Positions 34,938 to 45,865 of a DNA stretch of 59,918 nt are shown in pieces (position 1 is the first letter of the stretch; each line of letters begins with the position of its first letter). The notes beneath the pieces were generated by a model that was not told the DNA's origin, did not search any database, and saw only the letters and a list, made by a program, of their open reading frames with translations. The position numbers and the translations under genes are program-made. The stretch is taken from contig CAMYYT010000003.1 of assembly GCA_947303585.1 (NCBI GenBank), forward strand, positions 1 to 59,918, in the 5' to 3' direction. This DNA comes from an uncultured Pseudomonadota bacterium (GTDB lineage: Bacteria; Pseudomonadota; Alphaproteobacteria; Rs-D84).

Positions 34938-36149
34938 ATGGCTAGGGAAAAATATCTTTCTATGCGAAAAAATGTCAGCGGATTTTCGTTTGCAAATCTG
35001 GGGTTGTTTACTGGTTTTGCCAGCAGTGTTGTTAATGCAGTATATTCGTTGGTTTTATTTGAAATTTTCAAATTGTTTTTCAAAGAAGAATTGGCTTCTA
35101 GTGCGGTCGGTGTTTATGCTGCTATTATAGCTGCGTTTTCTATGTTTGTAGGGGTGTTTTCATCGCAAATTTTACGTTGGTTTACGAAAACCAGATTGTT
35201 GGGCATAGTGTTAAGTTTGTTGGGTGCTTGTTATTGTATGATGAGTTTTTCCGTTAAACCTGGAACTTTTATAGCATTAGATTTTGTGGCTCAATTTGCG
35301 GTGACTTTGGCGAATATGTTGTTGCCACTTTTTATATCTGATTTTGCCAAAGGCGTTGGAATGGAAAAGTTAAATGCGCGATATTTGCTTTGGACGAATA
35401 TTGGGGCATTGATTGCGCCGATGTTTGCGATGACTGTTGTTGCGTGGTTTTCTGGTAATTACAGAATGCCTTTGTTGGCGGCTGGTATGGTGTATTTTTC
35501 GGGTTTGCTTTTCTTTAAACATTTTGGAATTGTTCAAGAAGATAAAGTTGTTAAAAAGGTAAATGTTCGCAGAACTTTGCGTGCGCTTCGTATAAATGCA
35601 CTTGCGTTCTTTAAGCAAAGTGGGATGATGCGTGCGTATACGGTGAACTTTGGTTATTATGCATTGCGAGCGATGCGTCTTTTGTATGTGCCGATTGTTG
35701 TTATTGAAAATGGTTTTAGTAGTGAAACTTTGGGTATTGTTTTATCTTTGGGAATTATACCGTATATAGTAATAGAGTCTTTCATAGGTAAATTGATAAA
35801 AAAATATGGTGTAAAAATTTGGTTGAAATTGGGTTTTCTATCGTTTGCAGCATTTTCAATTTTGGCGACTTTTGTGACAGGGTATGCATTGTTGGCTATA
35901 TTCGTGTTATGGCAAATATCGGGTGCATTTATGGAAGCCGCGCACGATTTGTTGTTCTTTAATAATATGCCAAAGGCTCAACAGCCACGGTTTTATGGTG
36001 TGTTTAGAACAAGTGTGAATTTCCCGTATATTATTGCGCCGATATTTGGTGCGATATGTATCGCGGTATTTAATTCAACATCAGCTGTGTGGTTGATAAC
36101 TGCGACTATGGGTGTTTTGTCAACAATTGTTTTGTGTTCTCGTCGATAG
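34938..36149 (+). CDS. MFS-type transporter (about 12 TM)
   Basis: 403-aa polytopic ORF with a two-halves layout split by a basic loop (KKVNVRRTLRALR). The family call is by topology only. Confidence 0.6.
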   Translation: MAREKYLSMRKNVSGFSFANLGLFTGFASSVVNAVYSLVLFEIFKLFFKEELASSAVGVYAAIIAAFSMFVGVFSSQILRWFTKTRLLGIVLSLLGACYCMMSFSVKPGTFIALDFVAQFAVTLANMLLPLFISDFAKGVGMEKLNARYLLWTNIGALIAPMFAMTVVAWFSGNYRMPLLAAGMVYFSGLLFFKHFGIVQEDKVVKKVNVRRTLRALRINALAFFKQSGMMRAYTVNFGYYALRAMRLLYVPIVVIENGFSSETLGIVLSLGIIPYIVIESFIGKLIKKYGVKIWLKLGFLSFAAFSILATFVTGYALLAIFVLWQISGAFMEAAHDLLFFNNMPKAQQPRFYGVFRTSVNFPYIIAPIFGAICIAVFNSTSAVWLITATMGVLSTIVLCSRR

Positions 36150-36217
36150 AATAATAAACCTTGCGTTTGGGCTTTTTTCTTTGTATGATTTTGATACAAA
36201 ACGAAAGGGGTATTTTT

Positions 36218-37294
36218 ATGGCTAAGAAAGAAGCAATCAAAGAAACAACACCAACAAAAAATCCGGCTTTGGAATCTGCGTTGGCGCAAATTCAAAAACA
36301 ATTTGGCAAAGAAGCCATCATGAAAATGGGTGATGGTTCACAACAAAATATCGAAGCAATTTCTTCTGGATCTCTTGGACTTGATATCGCACTTGGAATC
36401 GGCGGTTATCCACGTGGTCGTATTGTTGAAATTTATGGTCCAGAAAGTTCTGGTAAAACAACCCTTGCTTTGCATGCAGTTGCCGAAGCACAAAAGAAAG
36501 GTGGAACTTGTGCTTATATTGATGCTGAAAATGCTTTGGACCCGTCATATGCAAAAAAATTAGGGGTAGATGTTGCAAATTTAATTATTTCACAACCTGA
36601 TTCGGGTGAACAGGCTTTGGAAATTGCTGATACACTTATTAAATCTGGTGCAGTAGATGTTGTTGTAATCGATTCTGTGGCGGCATTGGTGCCAAAGGCT
36701 GAATTAGAAGGTAATATCGGTGATTCTTTCGTTGGAACAACTGCGCGTTTGATGAGCCAATCTTTGAAAAAGTTGGCAGGCAGCGTTTCGCGCAGTAATA
36801 CTTTGTTAATATTTATTAATCAGATACGTATGAAGATTGGTGTTATGTTTGGAAATCCTGAAACGACATCTGGTGGTAATGCATTGAAGTTTTATGCGTC
36901 TGTGCGTCTTGATATTCGCAGAACTGGTGCAATCAAAGACAAAGAAAATATTGTCGGAAACGAAACGCGCGTTAAAATTGTTAAAAACAAAGTTGCACCA
37001 CCTTTTAGAACTGTCGATTTCAAAATTATGTATGGCGAAGGTATTTCTCGTATCAGTGAAATTTTAGATATGGGCGTGAAATATAACTTTATTGAAAAGG
37101 CTGGTTCATTTTACTCTTATAATAATGAACGTATCGGTCAAGGCGAAGCTAATGCTCGTCAATGGTTAAAAGACCACGTTGACGCTCAAAAAGAATTGCT
37201 GGATAAAATTATGGCAAAATCTAATGGCATAGCAGAAGAAATGACAACTGGCCCGATTGATGATGAAAGCGAGGGTGTTGTTGATTCTGAATAA
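36218..37294 (+). CDS. recA: Recombinase RecA
   Basis: SD AAAGGGG upstream of ATG 36218. Walker [38 protein letters not shown]. Confidence 0.95.
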   Translation: MAKKEAIKETTPTKNPALESALAQIQKQFGKEAIMKMGDGSQQNIEAISSGSLGLDIALGIGGYPRGRIVEIYGPESSGKTTLALHAVAEAQKKGGTCAYIDAENALDPSYAKKLGVDVANLIISQPDSGEQALEIADTLIKSGAVDVVVIDSVAALVPKAELEGNIGDSFVGTTARLMSQSLKKLAGSVSRSNTLLIFINQIRMKIGVMFGNPETTSGGNALKFYASVRLDIRRTGAIKDKENIVGNETRVKIVKNKVAPPFRTVDFKIMYGEGISRISEILDMGVKYNFIEKAGSFYSYNNERIGQGEANARQWLKDHVDAQKELLDKIMAKSNGIAEEMTTGPIDDESEGVVDSE

Positions 37295-37314
37295 CTAAAA
37301 ACAAAGGGTGTTCG

Positions 37315-38208
37315 ATGAAATTAAAAAGGTTTCTGGCGAAAACATATATTTTGTTTTTTGGACATATCTTTAATTGGCTTTGGCGGTCATCTAAGCATAG
37401 ACGTGATGTTCGTGGTGGTGTTATTGCAAAAGAGGCAGAATGGTATTTTAGGCAATATTTACCAAAAAATATGCCGGAACAAAAAATAAAGGAAACAAAA
37501 GACAATGATGTTGTTTACACCATGTGGTTGCAGGGTGAAGATAATGCACCAGGTTTGGTGAAATCTTGCTTTCGTAGTATGCGGCGGAATTTAAAACAAA
37601 AAATAGTCATTTTAGATGAAAAAAATATTTTTGATTATATTTCTTTGCCGGATGTTATTTTAGAAAAACGAAAGAAAGGCTTAATCAAAAATGCTCATTT
37701 CGCAGATATTTGTCGTGTGGAATTGCTTTATGAACACGGTGGATATTGGTTGGATGCAACTGCTTTTGTGACCCAGGCTATGCCAGATTTTATATCTGAT
37801 TCTGACTTTTTCATGTTTTTGGTAAATCCAACATGGGGATTTGGTTATAGTTTTGTTCAAAATTGTTTTATTCGTGCCAAGAAAGGTTCTTATCTGTTGG
37901 CTGCGTGGCGCGATATGATTTTCAGATATTGGGAAAATGAAAATCATGAATTTGATTATTATATGCATCAGTTGTTATTCAAAACGTTAGTGATGAACGA
38001 TTCTTTGGGCAAAAAATATTATGCAAAGATGCCACATGTATTACAAGATGCAACGCATGCACTTTGGTGGACATATGGCGATAAACCTTTTGACCAGGAT
38101 TTATTTAACAAAATAACTGCGGACGCTTTTTTCCAAAAAACTCGCTATGCAGATGCCGCTAAGATGCCATTGGGTTCTTTTGCGGATGTTATGATAAAAA
38201 TGAAATAG
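37315..38208 (+). CDS. Capsular-polysaccharide-synthesis (Caps_synth/GT32-like) glycosyltransferase, paralog A, 297 aa
   Basis: MWLQGEDNAPGLVKSCFRSMRRN, ADICRVELLYEHGGYWLDAT blocks. Starts 20 nt after the recA stop with no intervening hairpin. Confidence 0.65.
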   Translation: MKLKRFLAKTYILFFGHIFNWLWRSSKHRRDVRGGVIAKEAEWYFRQYLPKNMPEQKIKETKDNDVVYTMWLQGEDNAPGLVKSCFRSMRRNLKQKIVILDEKNIFDYISLPDVILEKRKKGLIKNAHFADICRVELLYEHGGYWLDATAFVTQAMPDFISDSDFFMFLVNPTWGFGYSFVQNCFIRAKKGSYLLAAWRDMIFRYWENENHEFDYYMHQLLFKTLVMNDSLGKKYYAKMPHVLQDATHALWWTYGDKPFDQDLFNKITADAFFQKTRYADAAKMPLGSFADVMIKMK

Positions 38209-38218
38209 GGGTGCGTTT

Positions 38219-39112
38219 ATGAATATACACAGGTTTATCGCGCTTAGTCAGGTTGGATTACGTGGACATATTTTGAATTGGTTTTGGCGTCCACGCGGTA
38301 TAAGAAATAAAAAACGTTTGGATGTTGTCGTAGATGTCGCAACAAAATATTTTAAAAGATATTTACCGAAAAATGTACCAGAACAAAAAATTATCAAAGA
38401 CGACAAGAATGATAAAATTTTTTCTATGTGGTTGCAGGGTGAAGATAGTGCACCAGATTTAGTAAAAGCGTGTTTTCGCAGTGTACGTCGTCATTGTAAG
38501 CAAGAATTGATAGTTTTAGACGCAGACAGTATTTTTGATTATATATCTTTGCCAGATGCGATCGTGCAAAAATACAAAGATGGTAAAATAGGTCATGCGC
38601 ATTTTGCCGATATTTGTCGGGTTGAATTGCTTTATAAATATGGTGGTTATTGGTTGGATTCTACGGGATTTGTGACTGCGCCAATTCCAGATTGGATTGA
38701 AAATCAGGATTTTTTCATTTTTCTTACCGGTACAAAATATGGCAGCCCTTATTCGTTTGCACAAAATTGCTTTATTCGTGCGCGCAAGGGGGCTTATTTG
38801 CTGGCTGCATGGCGTGAAATGATTTTTAATTATTGGTTGCGTGAAAATCACACGTTTGATTATTTTATGCATCAATTGATGTTTAAGACTTTGGTTATGA
38901 ATGATGAAAAATCAAAAGAATATTTTGCAAAAATGCCACACGTAAGTCAAGATCCTACGCATATTTTGTGGGCTGAATATCGTGATAAAGATTTTAACCA
39001 GAAATTATTTGACGAGGTGACATCTGATGCGTTTTTTCAAAAAACGACATATCGGGGATCTGATAATCTGGTGCCTGGTTCGTTTGCGGATGTCATGGTA
39101 AATAAAATGTAA
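38219..39112 (+). CDS. Caps_synth/GT32-like glycosyltransferase, paralog B, 297 aa
   Basis: Collinear with paralog A (MWLQGEDSAPDLVKACFRSVRRH, ADICRVELLYKYGGYWLDST, FAQNCFIRARKGAYLLAAWREMIF). Confidence 0.65.
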   Translation: MNIHRFIALSQVGLRGHILNWFWRPRGIRNKKRLDVVVDVATKYFKRYLPKNVPEQKIIKDDKNDKIFSMWLQGEDSAPDLVKACFRSVRRHCKQELIVLDADSIFDYISLPDAIVQKYKDGKIGHAHFADICRVELLYKYGGYWLDSTGFVTAPIPDWIENQDFFIFLTGTKYGSPYSFAQNCFIRARKGAYLLAAWREMIFNYWLRENHTFDYFMHQLMFKTLVMNDEKSKEYFAKMPHVSQDPTHILWAEYRDKDFNQKLFDEVTSDAFFQKTTYRGSDNLVPGSFADVMVNKM

Positions 39113-39131
39113 TTAACAAAAGGGGGCAAAT

Positions 39132-40151
39132 GTGCATCCAAAAATATCTATTATTATACCGATGTATAATGTTGAAAAATATTTGCGACGGTGTTTAGAT
39201 AGCGTGTTAAATCAAACATTTGATGAATGGCAGGCAATTTGTGTTGACGATGGCAGCCCTGATAATTCTGGGAAAATAGCAGAAGAATATGCATCGCGCG
39301 ATAAACGTTTTGTTGTGGTACACAAAGAAAACGGGGGACTTTCTGATGCTCGTAATGCAGGAATGCCGTACGCAGATGGTAAATATATCATGTTTTTGGA
39401 TAGTGATGATTTTATCCATCCACAGACTATGGAAATCGCGTATAATACGATTGAAAAAAATAAATCTGATATCGCGTCTTTTACATATGACAGATTTTAT
39501 CGTCCGCAATTAATGGTGCGTCATGTGTTGCATATGGATACTGATAATGTTGTACCACGTGGAATTAAAAAGAGGTATAACATAGATAAAATTAAAACGC
39601 GCACTGTGGATGATGTTTTTGAATTGGCAACTGAACGGACACACAATAAAACAAATCCAAATCGGAAATGGTTAATTAAGCATTGCCAGGTTTGGAAGAA
39701 TATTTATAAAAAATCTTTAATCAAAGATACTCCGTTTATCAAAGGTATTTTATTTGAAGATTTTCCATGGTGGTCTGCGATTATGTTAAAACGGCCACGC
39801 GTGACGGTTGTGCCTTTGCCTTTGTATTATTATATCCCTAATTTTGGTGGAATAGTGTTATCTGCAAAGCAATTAAAAATTATGAAAAGTTTGTGCGCTG
39901 GAATAAAAAACGCATATCAGTTGTATGCTGAGAAAGCAGATACAGAACAAATGAAAAAATGGCAATCTCAATTTATGTGGTGGTTTGTGAATTGGGCGTT
40001 TCGAAAATTGAAATATTTGAAAACGGACGAGGATATTGAATCCGCACGTGCTGAATTTATCGAAATGAACAAATTTGGTGTGTTTAATTCTGTGCCAAAT
40101 GAATGGTATGGATTGCGTGAATCAATTTATAAGTTTATCCAAGGAGTTTGA
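39132..40151 (+). CDS. Family 2 glycosyltransferase
   Basis: GTG start. ISIIIPMYNVEKYLRRCLDSVLNQTF...CVDDGSPD...FLDSDD, the classic GT2 N-terminal domain. Confidence 0.85.
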   Translation: MHPKISIIIPMYNVEKYLRRCLDSVLNQTFDEWQAICVDDGSPDNSGKIAEEYASRDKRFVVVHKENGGLSDARNAGMPYADGKYIMFLDSDDFIHPQTMEIAYNTIEKNKSDIASFTYDRFYRPQLMVRHVLHMDTDNVVPRGIKKRYNIDKIKTRTVDDVFELATERTHNKTNPNRKWLIKHCQVWKNIYKKSLIKDTPFIKGILFEDFPWWSAIMLKRPRVTVVPLPLYYYIPNFGGIVLSAKQLKIMKSLCAGIKNAYQLYAEKADTEQMKKWQSQFMWWFVNWAFRKLKYLKTDEDIESARAEFIEMNKFGVFNSVPNEWYGLRESIYKFIQGV

Positions 40152-41125
40152 TTATGAGCAAAGTTCCTGTGGTTTCTGTTATAATACCTGTATATAATGC
40201 TGGTAAATTTTTGCATAGGTGTTTGGATTGTGTTTTGAATCAAACGTTTACAGACTTTGAAGTTATTTGTGTCAATGATGGCAGTGTTGATGATAGCAAA
40301 GATATATTAAAATCATATTCTAAATTAGATAAACGCATAAAATTTCTGGATAAATCAAATACGGGTGTTTCTGAATCTAGGAACGTTGGATTACAAAAGG
40401 CCAAAGGAAAATATATTTTGTTTATGGATGCTGATGATTGTATACATCCTCAGTTATTAGAAATTACTTGTTTTTTAGCAGAAAAATATAACGCTGATGT
40501 TGTAAATTTTAAATACATAAAAAAACGATATGAATCTATCCGGGATTATTTGAAAAAACGATTTGATAAACAAAGGGTTAGCGTGAAAGAAACAGATTAT
40601 TTGTTAAATTTTTCTACGGAAAAAAACCATGGTCTTTCAATTTGGAAAATCAGACGTAGTTATATTTGGTCGCATTTGTTTAAAAAAAGTTTCGTGCAGA
40701 ACATAAAATTTCCAAAGAATATAAATGTAGGAGAAGATTTTGTTTGGTGGTCAAACGTATTGTATAAAAAACCGTTGGCTGTGATTACTAAGATACCTTT
40801 GTATTTTTATATTCCAAATGCTCAATCTGTGTTGGGTAGTTTGAAAAGATTGGTCTATATTAAAAATATGACAAAAGCGTTAATAAAAAATTGGTCTTTG
40901 TTCGAGAAAGCTGATGCCAAAGATAAAAAACTATATTTACAAGAGTTTATTTGGCCAGTAATTGTGTCTGTGGTTCGTAATTATGATTCTTTGTCTGATG
41001 TCAAAGATAAGGGTATTGCAAAGAAAGACCTGTTAAAAATATACAAAACGGGCATGGTGCAAAATGTTGTTGATTCACATAGCACAAAGTATCGGGAAAA
41101 AATAAAGAAAATCTTATATTCCTGA
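40148..41125 (+). CDS. Family 2 glycosyltransferase
   Basis: VSVIIPVYNAGKFLHRCLDCVLNQTF...CVNDGSVD...FMDADD. 4-nt overlap with the preceding GT2 gene. Confidence 0.85.
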   Translation: MIMSKVPVVSVIIPVYNAGKFLHRCLDCVLNQTFTDFEVICVNDGSVDDSKDILKSYSKLDKRIKFLDKSNTGVSESRNVGLQKAKGKYILFMDADDCIHPQLLEITCFLAEKYNADVVNFKYIKKRYESIRDYLKKRFDKQRVSVKETDYLLNFSTEKNHGLSIWKIRRSYIWSHLFKKSFVQNIKFPKNINVGEDFVWWSNVLYKKPLAVITKIPLYFYIPNAQSVLGSLKRLVYIKNMTKALIKNWSLFEKADAKDKKLYLQEFIWPVIVSVVRNYDSLSDVKDKGIAKKDLLKIYKTGMVQNVVDSHSTKYREKIKKILYS

Positions 41126-41950
41126 TTTTTTAAAACGTTGCGGAATTTTTACAACTATTTTTAATCCAAACATTGCGGGTTTACGTAGTGCGTATATTGG
41201 ACGGCAATATGTTTGCAACACGCGTGCTATTTTTAACCATTTTTCAGATTTTGGTTTTGATTTAGTGATAATGTTTATTGTTCCGTTCCCACGGCGTTTA
41301 AGGTGATTTAACCAATCTCCGCCGCGTTTTTTTGCTTTGGTTTCCAACATATCCATATCTATTGCGCCAAAATGCAACAGGTATAAATTTTTATCTATGT
41401 GAAAATTATGGTGTTTTATGCTGTGGAATCCGCTGCCCCAAGTAACGGGTTTGTTTATTACGACTGGTTTGGTGTATCTGGTCGATAACAGGGCATATTC
41501 ACGCTGTTCTAGAAAAGGTCCGTTTTTATCTAAAATTGCTTCATTATAAAGATGTTGTCCGACATCTAAACCCAAACCTGAGAGGGTTGTATGAATTTTT
41601 TTGTTTGATAAATATTGATGTAAACTTTGTTTGGTGCGCGGGTCAACAATTAAGAATTCATCGCTGTCACAACCGATAACTATGTCATATTTTTGCAATA
41701 GTTTATGTGCCAGTTCAGAAATTTTATTTATTCTGTATTTATCCCCAGCTGCACGAGACATTTGTTTGTGTTCTAATTTTGTTATGTGTGCGCGACCGCA
41801 ATTTTCAGGATTCTTTTGATCTGTGCCGTCCAGTAAAATATAAAGGTTTTCAGTTCCGATTTGTTTCCCGTAATAAGCAATCCAACGCGATAAGAAAAAA
41901 TCATCATCACGTGCCATTGTTATGACTGCTATTTTTTTATTTTTTATCAT
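41114..41950 (-). CDS. Putative glycosyltransferase (GT2-like, Glyco_tranf_2_4-type)
   Basis: IAVITMARDDDFFLSRWIAYYGKQIG...ILLDG...GCDSDEF (DxD-like). Assignment is by motif only. Confidence 0.5.
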   Translation of the reverse strand: MIKNKKIAVITMARDDDFFLSRWIAYYGKQIGTENLYILLDGTDQKNPENCGRAHITKLEHKQMSRAAGDKYRINKISELAHKLLQKYDIVIGCDSDEFLIVDPRTKQSLHQYLSNKKIHTTLSGLGLDVGQHLYNEAILDKNGPFLEQREYALLSTRYTKPVVINKPVTWGSGFHSIKHHNFHIDKNLYLLHFGAIDMDMLETKAKKRGGDWLNHLKRRGNGTINIITKSKPKSEKWLKIARVLQTYCRPIYALRKPAMFGLKIVVKIPQRFKKSGI

Positions 41951-42798
41951 ATTCCACCATTTTTTAATTTTTTTAATCCATATGTTATGTTGCGATATAT
42001 AATTTTTATTGGATTAGAAGTTAAAAACCATATCATATAATCTTTGCCATAAATACGATTTGCTGTTTTCATAACAGATTGAACGGCTTTTTTATCACTG
42101 TGATTCAAAATGTATTTTATCTGTTTGCCAAGCGCGCCATTATGTCTTGTGAAAGACAGTTTTTTTACAAAAGGGCAGCCAGCAAGAAACAAAGATTTCG
42201 GGGTATTATAAGTTTTTCGTCCACGAACTGTATACAAACCAGCCCATGAACATCCGTTGTTTTTTATAACATTAGTTAGACCGTGTTCGTATTGTATCGT
42301 GACACTTATTTTAGACGTTTGTTTTTTTATGCTGGTTATGAAATCTTGGAACCATCGAGATGTAAATATTTTTTTATTCAAACGTACAAACCATGATTCT
42401 ATATACGAATGAGTTTTGTGTTCACATTTTATGATACCAACTGCATCTGCGGAATTTTGTTCTATGGTATTTAATATTTTTTTGATGTCAAACATTGGTC
42501 CGAATACAGAATCGTTGATTAAATATAATGAATCATAATTTTTTAATATGTCTTTGTCATACGCGTATTGAAAAGCACGTTTGTAAGAGCCAAAGTCATA
42601 TTCTTCGTGTCGTCCCACAATTTGATGGATAGTATAAGGTTTTAATTTATCAATTTCAGATTTTGAACAATTACAATCAAAACAGACAATTATATCACCG
42701 TGTTTTGACAAAGTTTGAACATAATAAACCAATGCATCATCAATGATGCCTTGTTTATCAAAGCCGGCAAATAAAAATAATTTTTTTGTTATAGACAT
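41947..42798 (-). CDS. Rhamnan-synthesis-protein-F (RgpF)-like glycosyltransferase
   Basis: LFLFAGFDKQGIIDDALVYYVQTLSKHGDIIVCFDCN...YLINDSVFGP pattern reminiscent of the RgpF family. 4-nt overlap with the downstream gene. Confidence 0.5.
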   Translation of the reverse strand: MSITKKLFLFAGFDKQGIIDDALVYYVQTLSKHGDIIVCFDCNCSKSEIDKLKPYTIHQIVGRHEEYDFGSYKRAFQYAYDKDILKNYDSLYLINDSVFGPMFDIKKILNTIEQNSADAVGIIKCEHKTHSYIESWFVRLNKKIFTSRWFQDFITSIKKQTSKISVTIQYEHGLTNVIKNNGCSWAGLYTVRGRKTYNTPKSLFLAGCPFVKKLSFTRHNGALGKQIKYILNHSDKKAVQSVMKTANRIYGKDYMIWFLTSNPIKIIYRNITYGLKKLKNGGI

Positions 42799-42907
42799 AT
42801 TTTTCTTCTATGATTACTATACATGTTTTATAAATAATTTGCAAGATATCTTGATTTTTAAGGGGCGTTAATTAATAATACTTCTTAGGTGAAGAAAGGG
42901 TTGAAAT

Positions 42908-43840
42908 ATGACTGTAACTTATGACAACAAAAGAAATGATATAACATTTTGTACAATGTGTTTTAAATTACCACAGCAAGGAAATTTATCTTCTATAAAA
43001 GGGGAAAATAGAAAATATGAAGAGTTTTATTTGGCTTCATTAAAAACATTGTGTGAAACTTTTAAACAGGTGGCACTTTGGTGTGATAAAGAAACGGCGA
43101 AATATTTAGAAAAAGCGGGGTTGTTAGAAAAAGTAAATGTTTGTGTCATGGATTTACAAGATTTACCACATTGGAATGAACGTGAAACTTGTCGAAGTAT
43201 AATGTCTAGAATGAAAAAATATGTTGGTTATTTTTTACATCATCGTTCGCCGGATGTATGGGTTGATTATTTGCCTTTGGTATGGGCAAAGCCGGCTGTT
43301 ATAGATTGGGCGGCAAAAAATAATAAATTTAAAAGTGATTATTTTATGTGGATTGATGCTGGTGCGTTTAGTTCTAAATATGCGAATTCTTCTGTATGGA
43401 ACAATTGGAATGGGCATATCGGTGCAAAACCTGAACGGGTTCGTATGACGATAGCTGTGACTTTGGGAAAGTCGCGTCCGCATTTTGTACCACGTTTTTT
43501 ATATGATTTATATAAATTTTTATTTGTGAAACCTATTCAACCTGCAAATGCGAAAAATTTAGCAAAGCAAAATATTATAGATATTGCGATGACTAATGCA
43601 GATTATGATGTTCCTGGGGGAAGTTTTATGGTGCCAAAGACAAAAGCTCATGATTTTTATGATATGTTTGAACGTACTCGTAAAATAATGAAAAAACATG
43701 ATTTGGTTTGTGTGGAACAGGGTGTGTTTCAAGCAATGATGAAATTTGATGTCGATGATATGTTTGAATTAAAATATATCAAAGGATACGAAGGCTTATA
43801 TTCTGCTGTTGCAGATAAAAATCCTGATGTTTTATTATAA
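42908..43840 (+). CDS. Hypothetical protein, possibly HtrL/YibB-like LPS-associated (310 aa)
   Basis: FMWIDAGAF motif and overall size recall the HtrL_YibB family. Weak assignment. Confidence 0.35.
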   Translation: MTVTYDNKRNDITFCTMCFKLPQQGNLSSIKGENRKYEEFYLASLKTLCETFKQVALWCDKETAKYLEKAGLLEKVNVCVMDLQDLPHWNERETCRSIMSRMKKYVGYFLHHRSPDVWVDYLPLVWAKPAVIDWAAKNNKFKSDYFMWIDAGAFSSKYANSSVWNNWNGHIGAKPERVRMTIAVTLGKSRPHFVPRFLYDLYKFLFVKPIQPANAKNLAKQNIIDIAMTNADYDVPGGSFMVPKTKAHDFYDMFERTRKIMKKHDLVCVEQGVFQAMMKFDVDDMFELKYIKGYEGLYSAVADKNPDVLL

Positions 43841-43844
43841 TTAG

Positions 43845-43871
43845 TAAAAACCCGCTTAAAGCGGGTTTTTT
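43845..43871. terminator. Bidirectional Rho-independent terminator
   Basis: AAAAA CCCGC ttaaa GCGGG TTTTTT between the 43840 stop (+) and the typA stop (-). Confidence 0.8.
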
Positions 43872-43873
43872 AT

Positions 43874-45718
43874 CTAGTCTGTTTCTGCATAACGGTATGC
43901 TTTTTTGCGTTTACCGCTATCCAATTCTTTCTTGCGCAGACGAATTGTTGATGGTGTAACTTCTACCAATTCATCGTCTTGGATATAAGACAGCGCTTCT
44001 TCCAAAGACATTTTTCTTGGTGGAGCTAAGAATAATTTTTCATCAGCCGTAACGGAACGAACGTTTGTTAATTGTTTTCCACGAACAGGGTTGACTTCGA
44101 TATCGTTTTCTTTGCTGTGTTCGCCAACAATCATACCTGAATAAACTTCTGTTTGAGGTCCAACAAACAAAACACCGCGTGGTTCCAAATTGTGCAAAGC
44201 GTATGTAGTAGTAGAGCCTGCTTCCATAGAAACCAAAACGCCAGGACGATATTGAGTAATTGGACCGCGATAAGAATCATATTTATCAAATACGCGGTTC
44301 ATGATACCTGTGCCACGAGTGTCAGTTCTGAATTCAGATAAATAACCAATCAGACCACGGGATGGTGCAGAAAACACAATACGTGTTTTTCCAATGCCAG
44401 ACGGTTTCATTTCAGTAATGGTTGCTTTGCGTTTAGTCATTTTTTCAATAACAACACCGCTGAATTCGTCATCAACATCAATAACGACTTCTTCAATGGG
44501 TTCTAATTTTTCGCCATTTTCACTTGTTTGCATGACGACGCGTGGGCGCGATACAGATAATTCAAAACCTTCACGGCGCATTGTTTCGATTAAAATCCCC
44601 AGTTGTAATTCGCCGCGTCCAGAAACTTCAAAAGCTTCGTTGTTTGCGCTTTGTGTTACGCGAAGCGCGATATTTGTTTCGGCTTCTCTGAACAATCTTT
44701 CGCCAATCATACGTGAAGTTAACTTTTTACCGCTTTTACCTGCAAGTGGTGAAGTATTTACAAAAAATGTCATGGTCAAAGTTGGTGGGTCGATTGGCAT
44801 AGCAGGAATTGGTTCGTTAACAGATGAATCGCACAAAGTATCTGCCACAGTAGCTTTTGAAAAACCGGCTAAAACAACGATGTCCCCAGCCGATGCACTT
44901 TCGCGGGAAACCTTGTTTACGCCTTGGTGTTCAATGATTTTTGTAATTTTTGCATTTTCGATAAATTCACCATTCATATTTATCGCTTTTACCGACTGTC
45001 CAACGCGAACAGTACCTGATTCAATTTTACCTGTTAAAATACGACCGACATAAGGGTCTGCTTCCAATGTTGTTGCTAACATAGTGAAAGGTGCATCCAA
45101 TTGACATCTTGTACCGTTGCAATCCGGAGCAGGGACATGATCAACAATCAATTGGAATAGCGGTGTTAAATCTTTTTTTGGATTATCAATATCTTTTAAA
45201 TCACGAATTGCCCAACCATCACGACCGCAAGCATAAAGATAAGGAAAATCAAGTTGAGAATCTGTTGCGCCAAGCTTATCGAACAAATCAAAAGTTTCTG
45301 TTAAAACTTCATCTGGACGTGCGTCAGAACGGTCTATTTTGTTAATGCAGACGATAGGACGCAAATTTAATTTTAATGCTTTGGATAATACAAATTTGGT
45401 TTGAGGAAGTGGTCCTTCGGCGCTATCAACCAAAAGCACTACGCCATCAACCATAGATAAAATACGTTCTACTTCGCCGCCAAAGTCTGCGTGCCCAGGG
45501 GTGTCCACAATGTTAATTTTATATTCGCCCCATTGAATAGATGTAGGTTTTGCAGAGATGGTAATTCCGCGTTCGCGTTCTATGTCACCGCTGTCCATAA
45601 CGCGGTCTTCGACATGTTCGTTTTCGCGGAAAGTTCCGGCTTGTTTTAACATATTGTCAACCAAAGTTGTTTTGCCGTGGTCAACGTGTGCGATAATAGC
45701 AATATTACGTATTTTCAT
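43874..45718 (-). CDS. typA: Translational GTPase TypA/BipA
   Basis: From [21 protein letters not shown], then [19 protein letters not shown]. 614 aa. The ORF-track 20-codon upstream extension was trimmed by homology expectation. Confidence 0.9.
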   Translation of the reverse strand: MKIRNIAIIAHVDHGKTTLVDNMLKQAGTFRENEHVEDRVMDSGDIERERGITISAKPTSIQWGEYKINIVDTPGHADFGGEVERILSMVDGVVLLVDSAEGPLPQTKFVLSKALKLNLRPIVCINKIDRSDARPDEVLTETFDLFDKLGATDSQLDFPYLYACGRDGWAIRDLKDIDNPKKDLTPLFQLIVDHVPAPDCNGTRCQLDAPFTMLATTLEADPYVGRILTGKIESGTVRVGQSVKAINMNGEFIENAKITKIIEHQGVNKVSRESASAGDIVVLAGFSKATVADTLCDSSVNEPIPAMPIDPPTLTMTFFVNTSPLAGKSGKKLTSRMIGERLFREAETNIALRVTQSANNEAFEVSGRGELQLGILIETMRREGFELSVSRPRVVMQTSENGEKLEPIEEVVIDVDDEFSGVVIEKMTKRKATITEMKPSGIGKTRIVFSAPSRGLIGYLSEFRTDTRGTGIMNRVFDKYDSYRGPITQYRPGVLVSMEAGSTTTYALHNLEPRGVLFVGPQTEVYSGMIVGEHSKENDIEVNPVRGKQLTNVRSVTADEKLFLAPPRKMSLEEALSYIQDDELVEVTPSTIRLRKKELDSGKRKKAYRYAETD

Positions 45719-45793
45719 CTTGTTCTTCTTTGTTTTTGCAAGGCGGTATATTATACCATATTTTTCAGTTTTCGCCAAATTATATCTGAATTA

Positions 45794-45822
45794 TTGACAA
45801 TTGCAACAAATTTGTCTATAAT
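45794..45822 (+). promoter_or_regulatory. Consensus sigma-70 promoter: TTGACA, 17-nt spacer, TATAAT
   Basis: TTGACA at 45794-45799, 17-nt spacer, TATAAT at 45817-45822. The -10 box overlaps the ATG at 45821, so the downstream ATG at 45866 is the likelier start. Confidence 0.6.
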
Positions 45823-45865
45823 GAACGAGAGAAATTTTTTTAGGTGTGTTTCAAGGTATAAATTA

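Noticed and set aside
44394-45053. Long antisense 'shadow' ORFs. Examples: 219 aa inside typA, 1913-2323 in gatA, 9131-9565 in the TcpQ-like gene, 31096-31401 in ruvA, 53324-54153 in mutL, and 34312-34758 opposite ruvC.
   Set aside because: Each lies entirely within a strongly supported gene on the other strand. They have low-complexity or odd composition and no SD. Such ORFs are typical frame artefacts.
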